Source: Auanema rhodensis
Lineage: Eukaryota; Animalia; Nematoda
Assembly: GCA_964057225.1 (NCBI GenBank)
Contig: OZ059899.1
Location: forward strand, 4,898,001 to 4,962,000
Length of the DNA stretch: 64,000 nt
Direction: 5' to 3'
The notes below the pieces were generated by a model that worked only from the letters and a program-made list of their open reading frames with translations, was not told the DNA's origin and ran no database searches. This document shows positions 29,317-39,962 of this stretch, one piece after another. Within the stretch, counting starts at the first letter, position 1, and every line of letters begins with the position of its first letter. The translations under genes were made by a program, and so were the position numbers.

Positions 29317-31468
29317 ATGGCAAGCACATCAGGAATATCGTCAGGAATTCTCAATCAGCTTGCCGAAAGCGAGCTTAATCCTCTAGACGACGACAAGTAT
29401 GCTCGTTTTGTAATCCATTCGAACCATAGAGGTTCCAGACCATTTTAACAATTATGTATCTATCTTTTATTATAGTTTTTTCCCGAGCAATAAATGCATT
29501 GTCCAAATTAGGAGTCGATTTATATATAGAAGCAAGCGAGCTGGGGGTATAAGCCTAATCATTATTATAACAGATATCTTAATTTAAAGTTAGCAATAAA
29601 ATCCTTCAATAAAACGAAAAGTGCTTACGGGTTGTTTCTTTTTTCATCAGAATTTTTTTCTGAGGTGGATGCCAGCATTTTCACCGAAGATTCTAATAAT
29701 CGACTGTTCAGAATTTCTATGAAAGTAAGAATGTTTAATTGGCAATATTGTTTTATTCATTTAAGTGTGCTCTTTCACTGTTTAAAGGTCTTCAATTCAA
29801 TGAAAAAACCTTTGTTTCTTGTGAATTTCGGATAAATCCAGCTTCAGACGTTTTTATTGTCCAATTGCTATATGCATATGGTGATGATCAATACAGCTTC
29901 AAATTTGAATGGTTTTTCTTTAGATGTCTGTAAAACGCTTGAGATCAATTTACTAGAAACCCATACATCATTTCGAACCACCATTGACAAATCAACTCTT
30001 CAAAATTTAACTGTTATTGTGCCGTCGCTACTGCATTCAATTTTGCAATCATTAGGAAATACTGAAGAAATGATTATACAAGCATCACCGAATGAATTCA
30101 TATTGAAAAATTATTTTGCAAACGAAGATGGTTTGTTGTGAAATTTATATTAATTTTATAAAAATAGCAACTATAGATAATAGAAAAATTGTTAAAACTC
30201 AAGCTAAATTGTCCACTAGTAATCTGGAGAGACACAACAGTCCAATATCCACGGAAATTGCTATGAGTTTAAAAGAATTTATGGTTGTTTGCAATTGATT
30301 GCCGATATTATGACATTATTTTTAGTCTATTTTAACATTTGCTGATCAAAACAATGCTCTTCTCAGTTTGTACTATGATGTACCTGGAAAGTAAGATTGA
30401 AGCAAAATAGGCGAGTATTCTAAATTTTATTTAAAGGCCTTTAGTTGTTGCCCTAGAAGGGGATATAGTTTACTCGGCAGAGTTTATCATTGCAACAGTT
30501 GAAGCTGAAAACTTTGAAGCAGATGAACATCGTGAACTATCAACGCAGCAAATCTCTAGGTGCTTCCATTTTTGTAATATTTACTCAGTGTTAGCATTGT
30601 AGAAATAATTCCCAAAATTCTACTAGAAACAATACTAGACGATCCAGATCAACAGCGCCTGGACCTTCTCAACCAAGGATTACCTCTATGTTCCATCCAA
30701 ATACAGTAGATGTCGCAACTCCTCGATTAAATTCAACAAGAGCAGGTTTTTTAAAGTGAATTTTGTAAACACAATCGAGTGTTTTTAGAGCCTCCTGTTA
30801 AATCATCGAGAATTGAAGAGGAAGAGCCTCCGTTAGCAGAATTAGTACCAGAAGATATTCCTCAGAATGAGCAATCTAATTATAATTACGATCCAAGGCC
30901 AGATATAAACGGTAGTTTTATGGAACCGTTTGGTGCTTCTAGCAGCTCTCTAATTGATAATCACACAGCTGTTTCTCAAGTGTTAACAGACGTTTACAAT
31001 AATATGGTACAATTACTATGATTAATTAATCATATTAATAAGTTTAGAAAAGTAAAACGAAGTATACTGATGCAGAAACCTTTGCCATACAGAGTGATCG
31101 CGTTGTTACTCCAGCGGATCTGAAGAAAGTTAGTTTCGTTTATTCCAAAAGTTAATTTGACATTCCGTATTAGGATGATGAGTTGCCTGAAACCCCTCCA
31201 CCCTCAGATCAGCATCATATCCTTTTAGATAAAAAGGAACCTGAAATTAAAAAGCCCAATAAGAAACCTTCAAATACGGTAGCACATTTTAATTCACGTT
31301 TTCTTATAATACAATTGAAACAATAACAAATTGAAAGAAGGCATGATCGTGATATTATTTTAGTTTCGGCGATTTTTCCTTGGAGAAGGTACTGCTACCC
31401 AACATCAAAGTCAAATAGGCCTTAACGCAACAGTGTTAGCAGAGGATACAGACGAGGAATGGGACTAA
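29317..31468 (+). CDS. hpr-9: Rad9 checkpoint clamp subunit (9-1-1)
   Basis: VFSRAINALSKLGVDLYIEA, FNKTKSAYGLFLFSSEFF, SLKEFMSILTFA, YYDVPGKPL, FIIAT; tail VLAEDTDEE. Confidence 0.9.
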
Positions 31469-31569
31469 ATATCTAATTGAATACCATCTTTGTGAAATCA
31501 TACATAATATATGCATTTTAAATAATGAAATAAATATTTTGTATTAATATAGAGTATCAGAAAAGCTGC

Positions 31570-32924
31570 TCAAAGTTCTTCATGGTCATCACTTAAACGT
31601 GAGTACTTCTTTCCTGCTACAACTTTTCTTGGGTAGATTATGAATAAAGAAAGCTGCGTAGCTGATAAAAATGTTGCCACATAGTTAGGAAACTGAAATA
31701 ATCCTATGTTCTGGATGTTTCTCTGACTTCTAACCTGAATAACGAAATCCTCCACGATAATTCCATAGAGTAGCCACTGTAAAGAAACGCAGAAGCATGC
31801 TATACATAATGGCAGTGGCAATGATTCCGAACTTTTTGTTCGTATCACCTGAAAATCTTTAAACTATTTCAAACGAAATATAACATAATAGTCACCTCTC
31901 CAACTGATAAAAGAGGAGCTCCAATGTTGGCTATATTAAGAATTATGCAACATATGCCTAACGGTTCTACTCCATTATCTTGTAATGCTCCTAAGAATTT
32001 TTTTAAAGTTTTAGCTTCATAATTTCGCAGTTATTTTATAATATTAACAAGAAATTGTGTATTACCGTAATGAACAAAATATTCCATTAACACCATGACG
32101 GCTAACTCTGCTAGTATTATACGATCTAACCATTTCTGAACATTATGTATTTTGAATATAAGTCATGATAGTATTTGAACGCTTCAAATTTTTATTTTTT
32201 ATTCAACAGGAAAAAGATTTGTTCAGTCCCTCATGTTAATGTGAAATTATATCAAACTCGTCATTTTTTCAAGCAAACTACGTTTGGGGAAAATTTTATT
32301 GACTGTTACAAACGACTGTTCAGCTTCATCGGAAAAGAGCCTCAGCTGGCGCGGTGCTCCCGTCCTTTTTGTGTACTGTTAGACTATGATCGTCAGAATG
32401 CTGGTGCCGCGACGTGCCATCCGCTCACCTTCAAGGACATATTGCTTTTCTAAGCCGGCATCACGAAAGTGACAGGAAGGCGACATTGGTGATCAAACCT
32501 CCCGCTTCCCAAAAAAAGAAGGCAGCTGATGTTACATGAACGACGAAAAAGAATTCAAGGACGGAGTGATACAAGTAGTTTGCGCCAAGATTATGTGCAT
32601 AGTGCCAGTATATAGGAAACAATAAAATGGTAAACTCACTCGTTGCCTTGTCATATAATGGTAGTAGAATAAATAGCTTGTTTGTAGGAAGAAACCAACA
32701 AGATTCACGAATATAACAACGTTATCTTGTTTCAGTAGGCCATACTGAAACCAAAATGCGCAACTGATGAATGCTAGTAAAAATGGAGCCGATCCTGTGC
32801 CTTCCGTAGTTCCTCGCGCACGAATACGTTGACAAATAGAGATTCCACAGAGAAATAATCCAATAGTAGATGTTATAGCAGATACAGATAGATATGGTAA
32901 GACAATTTGTCCCAAGTCATCCAT
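31570..32924 (-). CDS. SWEET (MtN3/saliva) sugar transporter
   Basis: GLFLCGISICQRIRARGTTEGTGSAPF...WFQYGLL; NIGAPLL...VIRTKSSESLPLPL...WLLYG...PN. Two MtN3 repeats; 504-nt intron 32136-32639. Confidence 0.93.
32347..32624 (+). ncRNA. Candidate structured non-coding RNA of unknown family, antisense within the SWEET intron
   Basis: GC-rich island with nested complementary segments; G-U wobbles mostly favour the + strand; GAAA tetraloop; possible H and ACA boxes. See findings. Confidence 0.5.
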
Positions 32925-34228
32925 ATTTAACGTCTTTGATAAACGTGGCAAAATGGAGAAGTAGAGAGATAAACGAAAAGGTTTAGATACGTCCCTGTTC
33001 TTTTTTATTCAATATTAACGTAAATATATGGTACACCTGAAATACGTGGATAAAAAACTCCCACGTCAAAAATCAATCGGTATACAAACTATTGATGAAA
33101 TTGAAAAGAAACATGCTTTATAACCAATCGATAAGATAATGTAGAGCAATTGCAGCAGCCATACAGTTTGTTATATATGTTTACTAGTAAGAATACATTA
33201 ACAATATATATATATATATATATTCTATGTATACTATGTTGCTAGAAAAATCAATAGATAGAAAGTAAAACAACTTAATTTTCTAAATGTTTAAAGCTTT
33301 CTGCGCTCTAATCGTAATTTCAAAACGAATTATTTTAATTTCAAGAAAGAGTATGTGAAGTTGATCATGATTTAAGTGAAGCAGTGTGGACGAATGTAAC
33401 AACTAATGAACGCCACGTCGAAATAGAATTATCGATGGCTAAGACCACACATTTTGAAAAATCATTCAGTACATGTTATCCAATAACAGCCGTTTATTAC
33501 GAGAACTATCAATTCTTGCCCGACACAAAATAAATAATAACTCAACCAAATTGCGAAGGTTACATATATAGATTGGGTGCTTATATTAAGACAACAAGAC
33601 CACGAATAAGAGATAGCTCAAGAGGTATTCTTTGAAATTGATACCGTAATTGATACATAATTGACATCGACAGAGTAACGACAGCAGAAAAAAAACTACT
33701 ATGAAATGAACTACTAAAGAGAATTACATCAGCAGCATGAAACAAATTGCTCTTTCGCCATTTATAATAAACTAATTCTCATCATCACGCGGATTTTTCT
33801 AGCGGATTCGACCGGGATCTACTTGGAAATTATCTACACCGGGCGGCACAAATTTTGTAGCCGTTGCTATCTGTATATCAACAAGTATATGTATATAAAA
33901 AGATAAATAAAATAGAGGAAAATAAAGAGAGTACATGTATACAGAACAAGGACCAGCACGGAAAAGAGAAGCCGAAAAGCAGACGAAAAAAAGATGCGAC
34001 GCTCTTGGCTTTACACATTACGCTTCTTGTGTTGCAAAGAAGGAGATGAGGAAAAAAAGATTATTATATGTACAAGGAATGGGCTACAAGGAGTTGACGG
34101 CTCAGCCGTCCTACTTACACGTCATCAGAACTGCCAGAAACTGGAGGCAGAACACCGTGTTGTTCCAATTTTCGCTCATGCGAAATCTCCACATGGTTTC
34201 ACATGTTTAAAAGCGACATTTTGGTTTT

Positions 34229-37200
34229 CTACTTCTTTAAGGGTCTTGGCCTGATTGGTGGTGGTCCAATATTGAAATTTGACAAGAACAGACGGTCCAC
34301 ACTCTCGGCCTGTTCTTTATTTTCAGGTCCCAGTGTCCAGATTAAAGAACACCAATTGGCAGCTCTTGCACGTATAGCGGCTCGACGAACATTGTTCAAT
34401 GCTGTGGTCAATACGACGGCTTCTAAACAAGAATAATTAAATGTTTAGATAGCTCGTTTATTATGTAATGGGAAATAAGTTGCAATAGAAGACAAACAAT
34501 ACCTTTCTCTTCATTATAGCTTACAGATTCTCCTCTCAGTTGTTGCCAAATAGAATTTCGTTCGCTCGTACGGCAGTGTTGTAGGATAGTTACAGCATCA
34601 AGGAGCTCTACAAAAGAAAATAATAATTCTATATAGCCAAGTTGAAATATTTCAAATATAACTTTTTCGAAAAGGTTAGTTAAACATACATGCGGAAGTT
34701 CATACTACGTACACATGTTAGATTAGTCATCTATCCAAAAAGAAAATAATCAAACGCTTACCAACCTTTGAGAGTAAAATGGACAGAATTAAGTAACGGC
34801 ACTCCTTGGAGCTGCTCCATTTTTCCAAGTAGTGTAGAAATACGAGCATGTTCACGGAAAAAGTCAACAATAAGACGATCCACACGAGATGGTGAAGTAG
34901 GAAGTCGTGGAATAGGCAAACCATTGGATGAGCTAAAAACAAGAAATATATTTCAACATAAAAAGAGTGGCACTAGGAAATAAATGTTTTATTTATATAA
35001 TTTGCGTAAGATACTCAAGTTTAAATTATTTACAATATAGCATACCTAATCTTTTTCCCCAAATTATGCCGAGCCAACTCAGCCTCAGTCTGCTTACGTT
35101 CTTTCTCCAGCTGTCTGTACTCATCACAACACTCCTCCAAACTATTCTTAAAATCATTAATAGCTGTACTTTGGTGCATGGCTGGTGGAGGAATCATTGC
35201 TGGAGGAGGTACAAAACCTAAAACCGTAGAAGAAAATTTTAATTTATATTGAAAAGCTTATTTACCGAGATGGCTAAACATTTCATGTTCTTTGGCTGTC
35301 CAAAGATCTCCAGTGGAAAGAGGGTTGCGATCCAGCATGAATGAAGATTCTTTTGGTGGTAGTCTCCATGGAGCCGAAGCAGCTGGAGCCGCCACCGATT
35401 GAGGAGGCATATGCTTTGGTGTTTGAACCGGTCGGGGTGGTGGCTGTGGTGCTGCGCCGGTAGTTTTATTAATTGGAGTAGAGGTGGATGGTACGGAAAA
35501 GGCCTATAACATATATAGATAATAAAATAAATCATATGAATATAGTATAATATTTATATCAGAAATTTAGAAATATTTGATTATTTTTTTTTGAACTTTT
35601 ATAACTGAATGGACGCTGGTATAGACTAGTAATAGTAGCAGATAAGATCAGAAACATATCAGTAAAAAATGATGTTTCTTCCCCACCCAAATGATGAAAA
35701 GCAGCCCATTATTCACATGAATGAAATCATCCAAGTGGGTGAGGAATAGATAAAACATTTTAGCGGAAAAGAGTGAAAAAGAGAAAAAGATAATGATGAA
35801 ATTGAGAAGAGAATGTTCGTAGAATATTTAGAAATTGCAGTCTCTCATTCATAAACTATTGGATAGCCCAAGTTCGAAAAGCTGAAAAAGGAAAGAAAAA
35901 ATATAAAACTAGAGGCTAGTTCCTCTCCCGGCTGTGAGTTTTAAGCAGCAAGCATCTATCCCTAGTAACAGCACTTGTTCCTTTTCATCGTTCTCGATTA
36001 AAACATTTTATCGATTTAGGCCTTTTTTTTTTATTCTTAGAATTAAAAAAAACTTCTTAACAACAAAATCCTTTCTGAATATGAAGAAAAAAATAGAATT
36101 GAGAAATAAGAAACAAGGATTAAATAATCTTATATTCAATCTTGTAGTGATATTAAAATTATGTAATATATATATATATATATTAAGCTTGTAATTAGTT
36201 AATTTTATTTGGTTAAAGTTTAAAACTAATTTGATAAATTAGAATATTAAGTGAAAATTAATAAGAAATTTTCATCTTTCTTTAATCAATATATTTATGA
36301 TACTTACCGCAAAGTTTTGACCAAGGTTTAGTTTGAGAAATTCATTAATCAAACTGTATTCTGGTAATTCATTAGCAGCATTATTGAAAGTTGTGTCAAA
36401 AAGTGGTGAATCGTCCAAAGATTGCCAAAGAGACGAGATCTTTGGGCTAGTCTGTGGTTGTGACGAAGATGTGGAGCTGCGAATGCTGTCACCACCTTCA
36501 GATTCATTTGATGCCTGAAATAAATGAAATAGAATAGAATAAAATGTGAAAATTAAAGTTAAATTTCATTTTATTATTCTTGTAAATGACGATTTTAAGT
36601 TCATAAATGTTAAACATATTTTTACTTGAGAATTGTGTTGGAGATATTCTGTAAATGGATCATCATAGCCTAATATATATTTATAGTCTAACATCATTTT
36701 AGAATCCATATAGTTCGTTCAGCAAGAAATAAGATGAAAGACAACTCAGGAAGAGTTATGACTATCACTGACAATTTTGAGCATTCAAGTCGACAAAGAA
36801 ATTGGTGATAAAAATTTTTCGTCGTTAATATTAAAGATTGATAATAAAATGATGGACAGATGTTAATGAAAAGAATTTGTTGGTCGTTATTTTTTAAAAT
36901 TAAAGATTCATGTAACAGATGGCTTTACTCATTTCACTTTCTCTGTGTGGATGGACTCAATAAAGCTGTTTTTCTTTCTACTAATCTTTGTGAATATATG
37001 TATATCTGTGTTATCAAGCAAGTCTCTCCCTCTCTCTCTCTCTCGCTCTCTCTCTTTCTCTATACCACCCTCTATTTCCATTTATCCTTCTTCTTCTCCC
37101 TTTTTTCTTTGAAATATTTTTTCTTACAGTTCTAGTTTGTCATCTGTTCCAATTAGAGATTACAAGGGTTCATGACCAAAACTATCAACAAGTTTATATC

Positions 37201-37600
37201 GGAAGATGTGATTTCTGAAAATCATTCTCTCACACTATTATTCATTCCTCAACATTCTCAACGTTCATACATATCTCTCGAATCATTTTTTAAGTTTTTC
37301 TCCCTTGTTTTTCTGCCTTTCTTTTATATTCGTTAAAGAAGTCGTCAGTTACGTATTCAGGTCGCGTAACTGGGTCATCTAACCAATATCTGAATATTCG
37401 GCAGATTTTCTTTCGAAAGAATTGCCTACTTTTCGAGTAGCAAGACATACCATTTCATAGGTAAACAACAAATAAACATATTTTTTTTTCGAAAAATCAA
37501 GAGAAAATCATTTTTCTCTCAAGGGAGCACCGTTAAAAAGAAAAAAAACAGTAACACGTGATGAGCCAACAGATTGAGATATATAGAGAGAAAGATAAAA

Positions 37601-37631
<31 letters not shown>

Positions 37632-38041
37632 AAGAAAAGAAATAAGAAAGATGAATCTAACAGTCAACCCCTATTCCTACTGCACAATCTTTTATAATTT
37701 CCGTGTCTTCTTCTCTCTTAACAATGAGCAACAGCTGAATCATTCGCTTCTATCTACGCTATTTTATTATTTGTCATCATAATATTATAGATTGGGTACA
37801 AAGAAATTACGAATTTTACATAAAATTTGAAACATTTTTCGAGAAATTCATCTATGAAATGAACTATCATTAGCTATACAAAATATTTTATCAACTTTCA
37901 CAAAAAACCAATTGATATATTCACTAGATTTCATATAGATAAAGTAATCGCAAAGACAATACAACCGATTATTGGACTTTTTGGTTAAACAAAATTTATT
38001 CTAAAGAAATACTCTCTTTCTCTATCTGTCTCTCTATCTAT

Positions 38042-38081
<40 letters not shown>

Positions 38082-38786
38082 CGAAAGTAAAATGTATATT
38101 AAGAATAAAAGCTATAACTATTATAGGAATATAAAACAAATTAAAACATAAATTGCGAAGAAGGAACAGATGAAACTGTCCGAATATGCTTAAAATATTA
38201 TTTTTTCAAAATGTCTAAGTTACATTTTCTTCTATTAATTTTTTCTTATTTTATAAGCACAAAAGCTTAAAAAAGCTGAATCATTAGATTACGTTTGAAT
38301 GACGTGATAGTTTGAAATATATAGAATTAACTAAATGCTTAACAAAAAAGTTCAAAATTGTAAGAAAAATAATGAAAAAGTGTAAATGAAATAGATCTTT
38401 CATATATTTATGAGAGAAATAAGGAAAAGATTTTCGAAAATTTGGAAAAAGATTGAAAACCATTTCTTTTCGAACACCCATAACAGGAAAAAAGCTTAAA
38501 AACCAAATTACTTATAAAGATATAAAGAAAATATTAACAAAAAAGTATTTAGAAAGAATTTGAAACGCACCTGACTGTTATTTATCCAATTGTAAACGTT
38601 TGTCCACGTTTCTTCCTGGGCCCAACAGGTAGAAAAGGGCGAATCAGTGGAAAATATATCCTTAGTTGGCTCACGTGGAGCTAGAGACGTTCCTATAGGT
38701 CCCATTTGTGAAGAAATATTAGTTTGCAGCAAATTTGGCCCTAGAACCAGGGCTTCAGCCCTATCACGGCCCAGCCGAGCGGCCAT
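34229..38786 (-). CDS. MEIOC homologue (meiosis-specific coiled-coil domain protein)
   Basis: [31 protein letters not shown]|[41 protein letters not shown] closely matches the MEIOC C-terminal domain as recalled. Low-complexity N-terminal exons at about 38786-38571, 36514-36308 and 35503-35265 are in phase. Confidence 0.85.
38045..38077. repeat. (TA)n microsatellite
   Basis: About 16 TA units in a MEIOC intron; (CT)n/(GA)n tracts also near 37025-37060 and 37580-37640. Confidence 0.95.
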
Positions 38787-39404
38787 TTGCCCGTCAGGGG
38801 CGGAGCGTGCCAGCCACGGTGCCTTGCACTGCGCTCGCGGTCAATACCCCCCCCCCCACCACTCTCTCGCACCCCCCCCCCCCTGGCCAACCCCCTCCAG
38901 CGCTCATCGTCGACGGCGTGGTCGACGTCGTCCTTCCGTTGAATTCCCGCCCCAATTGCGAATCGTCTTGCCCTCTCCTGCATTGTCTTGGTCTCTTCCA
39001 TCTTCTCTAACATACTCCTCTACTTCAAGTGGCGGAGTTTCAACATCTTTCGCTTTCTCTATACCAGCTAGCTCTGTTCCCTCTTTTCCTCTCTCCGGTC
39101 TATGCTCTATGCGTTTTCATCGGCCAATCTTTCCATTATGTCTCGCTTTCTCTTCCATCCAACAATGTTCTCCAGCGCTGAGCGCAAAAACCACTGCAAT
39201 CTCCCTTTACCTCTATTCTTCCATTCCGACCAATATAGATTCAACTCTTGGCCCAGCCCAACAAACAGGCACACACATACACACACACACATATAACCGA
39301 ACATCAACTAAGTGATCCCTTCCCGTCAGCCATGAATGTGATGATCATCAGGGTCACACATGCAGGCATATACAAACATCATAGTAAGTCAAACGAAGCG
39401 GAAA

Positions 39405-39642
39405 ACGCTACATATCTCGATAGCTGCTTCTCATACTTCTAGTGCAGCTGACTCAGCAGGAAGTCTCCAAGATGGTTAATCAGTACCTAATCACTCACGG
39501 AGCAAAAACTATGATAGCGGCGGACGCTACATATCTCGATATCTGCTTCTCATACTTCTAGTGCAGCTGACTCAGCAGGAAGTCTCCAAGATGGTTAGTC
39601 AGCCCCTAATCACTCACGGAGAAAAAACTATTATAGCGGCGC
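39405..39642. repeat. Two-copy tandem duplication, 119-bp period
   Basis: ACGCTACATATCTCGAT starts at 39405 and again at 39524; the copies differ by only a handful of substitutions. Confidence 0.92.
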
Positions 39643-39962
39643 CGACTGATACAGGTAAAGATATGTTTCGTCTACCTGATATCTAATTCAGCATGTGTCG
39701 GGAAAAGCTGTCAACAACTCGAGTGAACCAAATTAAATGAAAATTTTATTTGAGAGCCTTTCAGCGATGATTTCAACAACGAACAGCTTAACAACAATAT
39801 GTATAAATCTAATCTAACTATTTCACTTTGAGAAGGTCTGTGTTTTCAAAACGCTACCATTATAATCCTACTTGGCATTTTCATATGCAAGAAGCTTACA
39901 AACAACAAAGGGGTGGAGTCGATGACCAGGCGGGTGGCGTGTTGGGCGGAGCCTGGCACCAC

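Noticed and set aside
32175-32453. 92-aa + ORF in the SWEET intron as a nested protein gene
   Set aside because: TTG start, no recognisable motif, no partner exons; the base-pairing pattern is better explained by RNA structure.
38647-39315. 222-aa + strand ORF (longest in the ORF track)
   Set aside because: Low-complexity product of a GC/CT-rich promoter region, antisense to MEIOC exon 1; no domain or splice support.
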